Of a stretch of DNA of 32,000 nt, positions 1-9,295 are shown in pieces. The DNA is from Nonlabens ponticola (GTDB lineage Bacteria; Bacteroidota; Bacteroidia; Flavobacteriales; Flavobacteriaceae): the NCBI RefSeq assembly GCF_003966335.1, contig NZ_CP034549.1, positions 1,080,001-1,112,000 on the forward strand, given 5' to 3'. The translations under genes were made by a program, and so were the position numbers. How positions within the stretch are numbered: the stretch's first letter is position 1; every line of letters starts with the position of its first letter. Below the pieces are notes generated by a model. It ran no database searches, was not told the DNA's origin, and worked only from the letters and a program-made list of their open reading frames with translations.

Positions 1-78
1 GGTGAGGACGCAGATGATGACGATGACAATGAAAGTTTTGATCTATTCTTTGATGGTGAAGTTTACGTGGTGAACTAA
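1..78 (+). CDS. 3' end of an upstream CDS (partial, product unknown; acidic tail GEDADDDDDNESFDLFFDGEVYVVN*)
   Basis: Frame 1 is open from the window edge to TAA at 76-78. A strong hairpin terminator follows at 101-133. It is absent from the ORF track because it has no start codon in the window. Confidence 0.45.
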   Translation, partial: GEDADDDDDNESFDLFFDGEVYVVN

Positions 79-100
79 TCTATCTTCTTTAAGACTTATA

Positions 101-133
101 AAAAATCCCGATCACTAGATCGGGATTTTTTTA
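101..133 (+). terminator. Rho-independent terminator after the upstream CDS
   Basis: Perfect 9-bp stem ATCCCGATC (105-113) / GATCGGGAT (118-126) with loop ACTA. It is flanked by an A-run on the left and a T-run (126-132) on the right. Confidence 0.75.
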
Positions 134-236
134 TGTTCAAACATGGTGTAAAAGATCATTTATAAGGTAGGTAGTTGTGCAAGGATAACGTTGCACATGA
201 GTTATTTTTAAATCTTTAAAAATCTACCCGATATCC

Positions 237-1784
237 ATGAGCAATATCAAAGCAAAATCCGCATTAATTTCAGTATTTCACAAAGATGGTCTAGAGCCTA
301 TTGTTAAGAAAATGAATGATTTAGGAATCACTATTTACTCTACTGGTGGTACTGAAAAGTTTATCACAGATCTAGGAATTCCCGTAACTCCTGTTGAAGA
401 CGTGACCTCTTATCCATCCATTTTAGGCGGCCGAGTGAAGACATTGCACCCTAAAGTTTTTGGCGGTATTCTTAATCGTCGCGATCATGATGGAGACAAA
501 GAACAGCTAACGGAATATGATATACCACAAATTGATATCGTCATCGTTGATTTGTATCCATTTGAAGATACCGTTGCGAGCGGTGCTAGTGAGCAAGATA
601 TTATTGAGAAAATTGACATAGGTGGTATTTCGCTCATAAGAGCAGCCGCCAAAAATTTTAAGGACACACTCTGCGTAGCTACCATGCAGGACTATGGCAA
701 ATTGCTGGATGTGCTAGAAAAAGGTTCTGGATCAACAACGCTGGATCAGCGCAAGGAATTTGCAACCACTGCCTTCAATGTGAGCTCCCATTATGACAGC
801 GCGATTTATGAATACTACGCTGGTGACGCATTGGACAAATCTCTCAAGATAAGCGAGACCCATGTCATGCCACTGCGCTATGGTGAGAATCCGCATCAGA
901 AAGGCTGGTTCTACGGTGATTTTGATCAGATGTTTATCAAGCATCATGGTAAAGCACTTTCTTATAACAACCTGCTAGATGTTGATGCTGCAGTAAATCT
1001 CATGAGCGAGTTTGTAAATGAGGCGCCAACTTTCGCCATATTTAAGCACAACAATGCTTGCGGCATAGCTCAACGTGAAACTATTGAACAGGCCTACGTA
1101 GATGCTTTGGCTGGTGATCCGGTGTCTGCTTTTGGCGGGATTTTGATAGCTAATACGGCTATAGATGCTGCGACTGCTAGCAAGATTCATGAGTTATTTT
1201 GCGAGGTTGTCATTGCGCCATCCTTCAACCCAGATGCATTGGAGATTTTAAAGGGCAAGAAAAATAGAATTATGCTGGAGCTTGTTGATGGTGCGCTTTC
1301 GCGAAAGCGTAACAACCCAACACCAGAGGTGCGATCATCGCTTAACGGCTATCTAGTTCAAGATCCTAACTTAAAAACAGACACCGTTGCAGATTTATCT
1401 ACCGCTACTGACTTAGAGCCGACTGCTGAGCAAGTAGAAGATTTATTATTTGCTTCTAAAATTTGTAAGCATACTAAATCAAATACTATCGTGCTGGTCA
1501 AGGATAAGCAATTGTGCGCCAGTGGTACTGGACAAACTTCTAGGGTTGATGCCTTGAATCAAGCGATTCATAAGGCAGAATCTTTTAAGTTTGATTTGCA
1601 AGGTGCTGTCATGGCAAGTGATGCATTTTTCCCATTTCCAGACTGTGTAGAGATAGCTGATAATGCAGGAATAAAAGCCGTAATCCAGCCAGGTGGATCT
1701 ATTAAAGATCAACTTTCTATTGATTATTGTAATAAAAACGGTCTAGCGATGGTTTTTACAGGTACAAGACACTTTAAACACTAG
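237..1784 (+). CDS. purH: Bifunctional AICAR formyltransferase / IMP cyclohydrolase
   Basis: 515-aa ORF. The N-terminal MGS-like domain (ALISVFHKDGL...YSTGGT...GRVKTLHP) and the C-terminal AICARFT region (LRYGENPHQ, KHNNACG, ...FTGTRHFKH end) are typical of PurH. Confidence 0.97.
   Translation: MSNIKAKSALISVFHKDGLEPIVKKMNDLGITIYSTGGTEKFITDLGIPVTPVEDVTSYPSILGGRVKTLHPKVFGGILNRRDHDGDKEQLTEYDIPQIDIVIVDLYPFEDTVASGASEQDIIEKIDIGGISLIRAAAKNFKDTLCVATMQDYGKLLDVLEKGSGSTTLDQRKEFATTAFNVSSHYDSAIYEYYAGDALDKSLKISETHVMPLRYGENPHQKGWFYGDFDQMFIKHHGKALSYNNLLDVDAAVNLMSEFVNEAPTFAIFKHNNACGIAQRETIEQAYVDALAGDPVSAFGGILIANTAIDAATASKIHELFCEVVIAPSFNPDALEILKGKKNRIMLELVDGALSRKRNNPTPEVRSSLNGYLVQDPNLKTDTVADLSTATDLEPTAEQVEDLLFASKICKHTKSNTIVLVKDKQLCASGTGQTSRVDALNQAIHKAESFKFDLQGAVMASDAFFPFPDCVEIADNAGIKAVIQPGGSIKDQLSIDYCNKNGLAMVFTGTRHFKH
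1295..1308. repeat. Iterated palindrome GCTTTCGCGAAAGC, copy 1 (inside purH, read as LSRK; 16-bp palindrome 1294-1309)
   Basis: Exact 14-mer read directly from the sequence. The right flank is GTAA. Confidence 0.95.
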
Positions 1785-1836
1785 AATTGTTTAGTTTTGC
1801 AATACCCTAATTACTAACGTTTTTCCGCTCAATTTT

Positions 1837-2871
1837 ATGGGATTTTTTGATTTCCTCACAGAAGATATTGCCATCGACCTAGGTACGGCAAATACACTTA
1901 TCGTGCATAATGGCAAGGTCGTCGTTGACAGTCCATCCATTGTTGCTCGCGATCGTACCACAGGCAAGATTATCGCTGTCGGGACTGAAGCGGCGATGAT
2001 GCAGGGAAAAACCCATGAAAACATCAAAACCATCAGGCCATTGAAAGATGGTGTTATTGCAGACTTTGACGCGAGTGAGAAGATGATCTCGATGTTCATC
2101 AAGGAAATACCTGCATTGAAGAAAAAACTTTTCACGCCATCATTGCGCATGGTGATATGTATACCATCTGGAATTACTGAAGTTGAAATGCGAGCGGTAA
2201 AAGACAGTGCAGAGCGTGTAAACGGTAAAGAAGTGTATCTAATCCACGAACCTATGGCAGCTGCAATAGGTATAGGCGTCGACATCATGCAGCCTAAAGG
2301 TAACATGATCGTGGACATAGGTGGCGGAACGACTGAGATCGCCGTCATAGCACTAGGTGGTATCGTTTGTGATAAATCTGTAAAAATTGCAGGTGACGTT
2401 TTTACAAACGACATCGTTTACTACATGCGCACGCAACATAACCTTTACGTAGGTGAGCGCACTGCAGAGAAGATTAAAATACAAATAGGTGCCGCCACTG
2501 AAGATCTTGAAGTGCCGCCAGAAGAGATGAATGTCCAAGGACGTGATCTTCTTACTGGTAAGCCTAAAGAAGTAAAAATAGGCTATCGCGAGATTGCTAA
2601 GGCGCTTGATAAATCGATCTTGAGAGTAGAAGATGCGGTAATGGAAACACTATCGCAAACACCACCAGAACTTGCTGCAGATATCTATAATACTGGTATC
2701 TATCTGGCTGGTGGTGGATCCATGCTACGTGGACTGGATAAAAGATTATCTCAAAAAACAGATCTACCGGTTTATATCGCAGAAGATCCTTTAAGAGCCG
2801 TAGTACGTGGTACCGGTCTTACCCTAAAAAACCTTGATAAATACAAGAGCGTATTAGCTAATAAGTACTAG
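1837..2871 (+). CDS. mreB: Rod shape-determining actin-like protein MreB
   Basis: 344-aa ORF with actin-fold motifs (IDLGTANT, DIGGGTTE, LAGGGSMLRGLD). It is followed by mreC and mreD. Confidence 0.97.
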   Translation: MGFFDFLTEDIAIDLGTANTLIVHNGKVVVDSPSIVARDRTTGKIIAVGTEAAMMQGKTHENIKTIRPLKDGVIADFDASEKMISMFIKEIPALKKKLFTPSLRMVICIPSGITEVEMRAVKDSAERVNGKEVYLIHEPMAAAIGIGVDIMQPKGNMIVDIGGGTTEIAVIALGGIVCDKSVKIAGDVFTNDIVYYMRTQHNLYVGERTAEKIKIQIGAATEDLEVPPEEMNVQGRDLLTGKPKEVKIGYREIAKALDKSILRVEDAVMETLSQTPPELAADIYNTGIYLAGGGSMLRGLDKRLSQKTDLPVYIAEDPLRAVVRGTGLTLKNLDKYKSVLANKY

Positions 2872-2874
2872 AAC

Positions 2875-3702
2875 ATGCAGCATATCATCAACTTTCTGAT
2901 CAAGTACAGAAACTTGTTGTTATATCTGTTCTTGTTGACCGTTGCGACTGTTTTTACCATTCAATCGCACAATTATCACCGCACTACATTCATCCATTCT
3001 ACGGGAAATGTTACTGGTAGTATTCTGGAAACACGCACAGGAATCTATGATTATTTTGATTTAGGTGTAGAAAATGAAAAGTTAGCTCTGGAAAATGCCC
3101 GCTTGAGGATGAAATTGCTGGCAACTGGTGATACACTGCTAGGTGAGGACACTAATTTTATTTTTGCCGATAGCATTCCTTATACCATCACACCTGCACG
3201 AGTCATCAACAATGGCTATGCAGATCTAGATAATTTTATCACGCTCGACATAGGTAGTGAACAAGAAATAAATTCAGACATGGGCGTGATTTCTAGCAAC
3301 GGAATTGTAGGAGTGGTAGATGTGGTCAATTCTGATTATGCTCGTGTAATTTCTGTGCTTAACAGTGATATTTCTCTCAATGCTCAAATCAAGGGAACAA
3401 ATACCATTGGATCACTTATTTGGGATGGAAAGGACCCTTATTACATGAATTTGATTGACGTACCGCGATTGGCAGCTGTAAGTAAAGGCGATACCATTAT
3501 CACTGGTCAGTATTCCACGACATTTCCGCCAGATATTGAGATAGGTGTTGTAGAGGATGCTGTGTTGGTGGAGAATGGTAGTCGCTATCAAGTTAGCGTT
3601 CGTCTTTTTAACGATATGACCGATCTAGGCTATGTCTATGTAATTAAAAATCGAGATCGCGAAATCATTCAATCACTAGATACCTTAACCGTCAATGAAT
3701 AG
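2875..3702 (+). CDS. mreC: Rod shape-determining protein MreC
   Basis: 275-aa ORF directly after mreB. It has an N-terminal membrane anchor, a coiled-coil segment (ENEKLALENARLRMKL) and a beta-rich C-terminal domain. Confidence 0.9.
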   Translation: MQHIINFLIKYRNLLLYLFLLTVATVFTIQSHNYHRTTFIHSTGNVTGSILETRTGIYDYFDLGVENEKLALENARLRMKLLATGDTLLGEDTNFIFADSIPYTITPARVINNGYADLDNFITLDIGSEQEINSDMGVISSNGIVGVVDVVNSDYARVISVLNSDISLNAQIKGTNTIGSLIWDGKDPYYMNLIDVPRLAAVSKGDTIITGQYSTTFPPDIEIGVVEDAVLVENGSRYQVSVRLFNDMTDLGYVYVIKNRDREIIQSLDTLTVNE

Positions 3703-4201
3703 GAGTCTCTTGTCATTGGTTTTTGGAGCCATAGGATTGTTGCTATTGCAATTGTTTGTAACAGATCAAATTGGCTTTTTGGGTTTTATAAATCCTTTGG
3801 TTTATATGCTCATTTTTGTAGTGTATCCATTTGACAACAATAGGTTGCTCTTTATAATTCTCGCTTTTTTCTATGGGCTTGTTATGGACACTTTTCATGA
3901 TAGCGGTGGCGCTCATGCAGCGGCATGTGTCACGCTTGCCTTTGCGAGACCGTATTTGCTCAAACTGGTTTATGGTGAGAGTTATTTGATGAAGAATCTC
4001 AAGCCGTTACGTACCGAGTTTTCTCGACTACTCTTATTTCTATCACTGGCAATATTATTGCACCACCTGGTGTATTACAGCTTTATTTTTTTTAACACTA
4101 GCGAGATACTTCATATTCTAAGGTACACGTTACTTGTTGGACTGGCCACGATGCTGGTGAATGTTGTAATTTTATTATTCGTCAAACCTCGAAAACGCTA
4201 G
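3695..4201 (+). CDS. mreD: Rod shape-determining protein MreD
   Basis: 168-aa polytopic hydrophobic protein. Its start overlaps the mreC stop by 8 nt (ATGAATAG). The position in the mreBCD-mrdA-rodA order supports the call. Confidence 0.8.
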   Translation: MNRSLLSLVFGAIGLLLLQLFVTDQIGFLGFINPLVYMLIFVVYPFDNNRLLFIILAFFYGLVMDTFHDSGGAHAAACVTLAFARPYLLKLVYGESYLMKNLKPLRTEFSRLLLFLSLAILLHHLVYYSFIFFNTSEILHILRYTLLVGLATMLVNVVILLFVKPRKR

Positions 4202-4202
4202 A

Positions 4203-6110
4203 GTGAAAAAGCTACTGCTACTTTTCTTTGTGACTCTCACTGGAATCATCTTTATTTCCAGACTTGCTTACCTGCAATTTTTTGAAGAAGATCTCAAACT
4301 TAAGTCAGAAATCAATGCGGTAAAAACTGTGTTTGACTATCCAGAACGTGGATCCATTTATGATCGCGATGGTGAATTGATGGTTTCCAATCAAGTAGCC
4401 TACGATGTAATGGTTATTCCTCGCGAGATCAAAAATCTAGATACTCTAGAGTTATGTTCTCTATTACAAATACCCAAGGAAAAATTAATCAAGCAACTAG
4501 AGAAAGCAAAAAACTGGTCCTATCGCAAACCTAGTCCAGTGGTGCCTCAACTTACTCAGATAGAATATGCATCGTTACAAGAACGATTGCGCAAATTTCC
4601 TGGTTTTTATATTCAACGACGATCACTGCGCAAATATCTTGTGGACCATAGTGCCAATGTACTAGGATACATACGTGAAGTTAATCAAGGTGTCATTGAT
4701 GTAAATCCGTCTTATGAGATGGGCGACTTGATTGGTAAAAGTGGTATTGAATCTCAATATGAGAATGAATTGCGCGGTAAAAAAGGAGTTAAGCGCTTTT
4801 TAAGAGATAACATAGGTCGTCCTATTGAAAGCTATGAAGATGGTCGATATGACACTATTCCTGTGCCAGGAGTAGATCTTACGGTAACACTTGACAATGA
4901 TTTGCAGGCGTACGCGCAAAAACTACTTCAAAACAAGCGCGGTGGCATTGTTGCTATTGAACCTAAAACAGGTGAGATTCTCTCGCTGGTGAGCGCGCCA
5001 TTTTATGATCCTAGTATCACTATGGGACGTGACCGTTCCAAAAACATCAATGCACTCATAAGAGATACGATCACCAGACCTACCTATGATCGTGGTCTGC
5101 AAGCGATGTATCCGCCAGGATCACCTTTCAAGGTTCTCAATGCATTGGTTGCCTTGCAAGAAGGAGTCGTCAATACCCAAGAGAAGTTCTACTGTCGCCA
5201 CGGTTACGATTATGGTGGTCGCAAGTCACTAGGTTGTCACGCTCATTCTAGTCCGTTAGCCATGGAAAAAGGAATAGCAGAGTCCTGTAATGCTTATTTT
5301 GCCCAAGTTTACAGACGTATTATCGAGAGCGCGCCCAATAGCCACAAGGGCATGGATAAGTGGAATAAGCATATAACGTCCTTTGGATTAGGTAATTATC
5401 TGGGATACGATTTGCCAGCCGGTCAAAAGGGTAGAATACCAGATGCAGATTACTACGATCGAGTATATCCTAGCGGCAATTGGTATGCGACCACAACGAT
5501 TTCAAACAGTATAGGTCAAGGTGAGGTAGCGGCAACGCCTATACAGTTGGCAAACATGACTGCAGCTATTGCCAATCGCGGTTATTTCTATACGCCACAC
5601 ATTATCAAGGCAAAAAATGGTGAGCCTATTGATAATGAAGATTACACCACAAAACGTTTTACAACTATTGATGCCCGTCATTTTGAACCTGTAATTGAAG
5701 GAATGAATCAGGTGTATAAATCAGGAACTGCTATCGCCGTCCAGGTTCCAGGAATCGAGATCTGTGGTAAGACGGGAACTGCAGAAAATTTTGCCAAAAT
5801 CGATGGTAAGACCACTCAACTTACTGATCATAGCGTGTTTATAGCTTTCGCACCTAAAGATGATCCACAAATCGCTCTAGCCGTATTTATAGAAAACGGT
5901 TACTACGGTTCCAGATTTGCCGCCAAAATTGCCAGCCTCATGGTAGAAAAACACATACGTGGCGAGATTACGAGAACCGATCTGGAAAAGTGGGTGCTAG
6001 AACACACGCTGGAGCATGAGTACGAGAAACCACTTCTGGGTGAGCCTTTCAAAATCAATGGTCCACCGGTGCGTGTAGAGGATTATCAACCTGTAAAAAC
6101 ACGTCCATAA
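4203..6110 (+). CDS. mrdA: Penicillin-binding protein 2 (elongasome transpeptidase)
   Basis: 635-aa ORF with a GTG start. It has an N-terminal anchor and the transpeptidase motifs SxxK (GSPFKV), SxN (ISNSIGQG) and KTGT (CGKTGTAE). Confidence 0.93.
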   Translation: MKKLLLLFFVTLTGIIFISRLAYLQFFEEDLKLKSEINAVKTVFDYPERGSIYDRDGELMVSNQVAYDVMVIPREIKNLDTLELCSLLQIPKEKLIKQLEKAKNWSYRKPSPVVPQLTQIEYASLQERLRKFPGFYIQRRSLRKYLVDHSANVLGYIREVNQGVIDVNPSYEMGDLIGKSGIESQYENELRGKKGVKRFLRDNIGRPIESYEDGRYDTIPVPGVDLTVTLDNDLQAYAQKLLQNKRGGIVAIEPKTGEILSLVSAPFYDPSITMGRDRSKNINALIRDTITRPTYDRGLQAMYPPGSPFKVLNALVALQEGVVNTQEKFYCRHGYDYGGRKSLGCHAHSSPLAMEKGIAESCNAYFAQVYRRIIESAPNSHKGMDKWNKHITSFGLGNYLGYDLPAGQKGRIPDADYYDRVYPSGNWYATTTISNSIGQGEVAATPIQLANMTAAIANRGYFYTPHIIKAKNGEPIDNEDYTTKRFTTIDARHFEPVIEGMNQVYKSGTAIAVQVPGIEICGKTGTAENFAKIDGKTTQLTDHSVFIAFAPKDDPQIALAVFIENGYYGSRFAAKIASLMVEKHIRGEITRTDLEKWVLEHTLEHEYEKPLLGEPFKINGPPVRVEDYQPVKTRP

Positions 6111-6113
6111 TAC

Positions 6114-7397
6114 ATGTATGCAGCCATAGGCAACAAGCCTAAATTTGACCTGTGGATCATCCTCATTTACCTGGCACTCATCGCTATAGGATGGTTGAGT
6201 ATTTACAGTGCCGCATCTGTAGAGCAGTATGAATCCATACTTGATATGAATCAGGTTTATGGCAAGCAGCTCTTGTGGATAGGTCTCGCCGTATTTCTTA
6301 TTGTTATTATTCTCGCTGTTGAGGTCAAATTCTATGAACGATTTGCTGGTATCATCTATGTCATTTCCTTGTTGTCCTTGGCAGGATTGTTCGTTTTTGG
6401 TAAAGAGATTGCTGGTGCGACCTCATGGTATGCCTTTGGGCCAGTGAGCTTACAGCCTAGTGAGTTTGCCAAATTTGCCACCGCACTTGCCGTGGCTAAG
6501 TACTTAAGCCAGCTGGATATCAATGTACGTGACCTCAAGCATCTTATTATAGTAAGCGGTATTATTTTACTGCCAGCCATCCTGATTGTACCGCAGCCAG
6601 ATCCTGGTAGCGCACTCGTTTATAGCGCATTTTTCTTTGCCCTTCATCGCGAGGGTTTGTCGCTCTGGTTCCTAACGCTAGGCTTGGTGGCGCTAGCCTT
6701 GTTCATAGGCAGCTTGTTAATTGGCCCGATCTGGGTTACAGTGACTGTTATTGTTGTGTTGCTTTTGTTGTTTTTGCTTTCGCGAAAGCGTTACAAACAA
6801 AGACGTACTGCAAAACCAGCAGTCTCGTGGTACTTACTTGCCATGGTGGTCTGTGCGGCATTTGCCTTCTCTACACAATACGTGTTTGATAATCTCTTCC
6901 AGGAGCGTCACAGGAATCGTATAAATATTGTGCTAGGCCTAGTGGAAGACAGCCAGGGCGTGCAGTATAATATTATTCAAAGTGAGATCGCGATAGGTAG
7001 TGGTGGCCTTACTGGTAAAGGATTGCTGCAAGGCACGCAAACCCAAGGTGGTTTTGTGCCAGCTCAGGATACAGATTTTATATTCTCAGCCATAGGTGAA
7101 GAATGGGGTTTTCTAGGTGCAGGATTTACGGTGATACTATTCATGGCACTCGTCTATCGACTAGTCATCATGGCAGAGCGTCAACGCAATCAATTTGCTC
7201 GCGTTTATGGGTACTGCGTGGCAGGAATCTTCTTTATCCACTTTTTTATAAATATAGGAATGGTGTTGGGCTTGTTGCCTACCGTTGGCATACCATTGCC
7301 TTTTATGAGTTACGGTGGTAGTGGACTTTGGGGTTTTACCATACTGCTGTTCATCTTTGTAAAGTTGGATGCGCACAGAATGAGTTATGATCATTGA
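6114..7397 (+). CDS. rodA: SEDS-family peptidoglycan glycosyltransferase RodA
   Basis: 427-aa polytopic membrane ORF with SEDS signatures (QPSEFAK, DTDFIFS..GEEWGF, PLPFMSYGGS). It sits immediately after mrdA. Confidence 0.93.
   Translation: MYAAIGNKPKFDLWIILIYLALIAIGWLSIYSAASVEQYESILDMNQVYGKQLLWIGLAVFLIVIILAVEVKFYERFAGIIYVISLLSLAGLFVFGKEIAGATSWYAFGPVSLQPSEFAKFATALAVAKYLSQLDINVRDLKHLIIVSGIILLPAILIVPQPDPGSALVYSAFFFALHREGLSLWFLTLGLVALALFIGSLLIGPIWVTVTVIVVLLLLFLLSRKRYKQRRTAKPAVSWYLLAMVVCAAFAFSTQYVFDNLFQERHRNRINIVLGLVEDSQGVQYNIIQSEIAIGSGGLTGKGLLQGTQTQGGFVPAQDTDFIFSAIGEEWGFLGAGFTVILFMALVYRLVIMAERQRNQFARVYGYCVAGIFFIHFFINIGMVLGLLPTVGIPLPFMSYGGSGLWGFTILLFIFVKLDAHRMSYDH
6776..6789. repeat. Iterated palindrome GCTTTCGCGAAAGC, copy 2 (inside rodA, read as LSRK)
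   Basis: Exact 14-mer. The right flank is GTTA. Confidence 0.95.
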
Positions 7398-8189
7398 TTA
7401 CCAGCCGCGTCGCGCTGTTTGAGCCTCTAGTTTTTCCTCAATATCATGTGGCAATTGCGCAAAAAAGTCTGTACCAGTCATTGTTTCAATTTGATCAACG
7501 CTGATTAGATAGGAATTCAAGCTGGTATCTTGATCATCTTGAGATAGCAAATAGGCGAGAATCACTGGCTGATCATTGGTTTCCCTAAGTATAATTTTAT
7601 AAAAGCTTCTGGGAACGGTAACATTTTCATTACCTATACTGGATAGATTATTTCCCAAAATACTACCGGTAACAATATATAGATCACCATATTGCTGCGC
7701 ATAACGACGCACTTGCTGTTCTAGATCATTCCAGATACCAGCATTAAACTCATGAAGTTGTGGACTTATATTGCTAGTCAGGAATGTCTCGTTAAAATCC
7801 TGAATGCTACCACGTCTATCGCCAGCAGGAACTAGGTGACCACGATCATAACCACTGTTTTTATAATTGCGCCAGCTGGCAGCTCCTGTGGATACTTGGT
7901 CATCGATCTCAAAGTAAGGTCGTTTAAAATCTACCTGCTGGATGTCTGATGGACGCAGGACGTGCGCAGTCCATTCTGCCTGCTCATGTCTTTCATTATA
8001 GGATAGGCTGTAGGATTTGTGATGAATCACTTGATTTGTGCTGCTAGGCAAATAATCAGTCACATCTAGATCACTAGATCGTTGGTTTTCAAAATTTTCC
8101 TTGGAAATCGCCTCATTTTGATAGTCTTCTATGAGAATCATGCCTACAATTAGTCCGATGACAATGATTATCGTTAAAATCTTTTTCAT
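7398..8189 (-). CDS. Exported DNA/RNA non-specific endonuclease (Serratia NucA / Endonuclease_NS family)
   Basis: 263-aa ORF with an N-terminal hydrophobic anchor/signal (MKKILTIIIVIGLIVGMILI), the catalytic DRGH motif (GYDRGHLVPAGD) and a downstream NISPQ Asn. Confidence 0.85.
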   Translation of the reverse strand: MKKILTIIIVIGLIVGMILIEDYQNEAISKENFENQRSSDLDVTDYLPSSTNQVIHHKSYSLSYNERHEQAEWTAHVLRPSDIQQVDFKRPYFEIDDQVSTGAASWRNYKNSGYDRGHLVPAGDRRGSIQDFNETFLTSNISPQLHEFNAGIWNDLEQQVRRYAQQYGDLYIVTGSILGNNLSSIGNENVTVPRSFYKIILRETNDQPVILAYLLSQDDQDTSLNSYLISVDQIETMTGTDFFAQLPHDIEEKLEAQTARRGW

Positions 8190-9295
8190 GAGCTTGATTT
8201 TACATCCAGCGCATCTCGCAGTGCATTGCCAAAAAGCATAAAAGCCATAACCAGCGTCATGATCGCTACTCCAGGCACGATGGCTAGATATGCTTTATCC
8301 AGGATTATATATTGATAGTGATCTTTAATCATGCTACCCCAAGATGGAATAGGTGGTTGTGCACCTAATCCCAGAAAGCTCAGCCCACTTTCAATTAGAA
8401 TAGCGGCGGCAAAATTTGCTGCACTTATGACAATCACCGGTGCCAAAACATTGGGTAATATGTGTCGATAAATGATACGCCAGTTCTTGAATCCCAAAGC
8501 TCGTGCTGCGGTGACGTATTGATATTCTTTGGCAACAATCACTTGTCCACGTACCACGCGTGCAACTTCAACCCACATGGTAAGCCCAACAGCGATAAAA
8601 ACGGTGAAAAATCCTTTACCCAGCGCAATACTAATGGCAATGACCATGAGTAGCGTTGGTATCGACCAGGTCACGTTAATGATCCACATGATGGCCGCGT
8701 CGATTTTACCGCCGTAATATCCGGCAATAGCACCTAGCGGTATGCCAATTAGTAATGATATCAATACGGCTATAAAACCAATACTAATGCTTACTCGTGC
8801 ACCTATCAACATGCGACTCAACAGGTCACGACCGTATTTGTCTGTTCCCAGCAGGAATGTTTTCTGGGATGTGTAGCTTTCGCGAAAGCTAACCAGATCA
8901 AGCCCATCAACATTTTTCCATTGCAGTGGCTCAAACGGCATCAAGGCATCGTCCACATCGTACGGCCGATAAAACACAGTACCATCGCGCATTTCCACCT
9001 CTGCAAAGGGAATTTCTAGATTTTCATTGTTGCTACCATTCCACCACGAGAAAAAATGCGATTCCTGATTTGTCGCGTTGGGAACTTCAATCATGTCCAC
9101 GGTAAAGCCTGGTGGTTGTGAATGAATAGAGAGGTGCATCTGGTTTGCATACGGGCTATCGTCTGGCGCGAGCGCATACGCAAAAACAGCCAGAAAGGCA
9201 TAAAAGGCAATGATGGAGAAACTCAAAACGCCCCAAAAACTTGATCTAAGTTTATGGAGCGCCTGTTTTCCTAAGGATTGAGAAGCTGTAGCCAT
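8186..9295 (-). CDS. ABC transporter permease, OppC/DppC-like (no partner subunits in this window)
   Basis: 369-aa ORF. TM1 is followed by a roughly 110-aa extracytoplasmic loop and then five TM segments. The EAA-loop-like motif is AARALGFKNWRIIYRHILPN. Confidence 0.85.
   Translation of the reverse strand: MATASQSLGKQALHKLRSSFWGVLSFSIIAFYAFLAVFAYALAPDDSPYANQMHLSIHSQPPGFTVDMIEVPNATNQESHFFSWWNGSNNENLEIPFAEVEMRDGTVFYRPYDVDDALMPFEPLQWKNVDGLDLVSFRESYTSQKTFLLGTDKYGRDLLSRMLIGARVSISIGFIAVLISLLIGIPLGAIAGYYGGKIDAAIMWIINVTWSIPTLLMVIAISIALGKGFFTVFIAVGLTMWVEVARVVRGQVIVAKEYQYVTAARALGFKNWRIIYRHILPNVLAPVIVISAANFAAAILIESGLSFLGLGAQPPIPSWGSMIKDHYQYIILDKAYLAIVPGVAIMTLVMAFMLFGNALRDALDVKSSS
8876..8889. repeat. 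Iterated palindrome GCTTTCGCGAAAGC, copy 3 (inside the permease gene, read as FRES on the minus strand; 18-bp palindrome 8874-8891)
   Basis: Exact 14-mer. The flanks extend it to TAGCTTTCGCGAAAGCTA. Confidence 0.95.

Noticed and set aside
101-130. Shared CCCGATC/GATCGGG stems in the terminator at 101-130 and the hairpin at 31114-31136, as a possible repeat family
   Set aside because: Only about 7 nt are shared and the loops and flanks differ. Two instances are too short and too few to distinguish from chance.
79-236. Possible ZTP (pfl) riboswitch or other purine-responsive leader upstream of purH
   Set aside because: I could not find the conserved pfl-type elements (GGGTCGTGAC-like 5' part, CCGCCTGGGC-like 3' part). 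Only the upstream gene's terminator and a small 7-bp hairpin (176-197) are present, which is too little to call.
1791-2414. 207-aa ORF antisense to mreB, plus similar 60-106-aa ORFs antisense to or out of frame with purH, rodA, the S41 protease, surE, lpxB, POT, DPP-IV, HMGR, ppiD, the TPR-like gene and the beta-barrel gene
   Set aside because: All lie entirely within much longer ORFs whose products carry clear family motifs. Their translations are low-complexity or unbiased and resemble no family. They are typical shadow ORFs.
6776-8889. Copies 2 and 3 of the palindrome are exactly 2100 bp apart
   Set aside because: The other spacings show no common period or multiple, so I treat this as coincidence.
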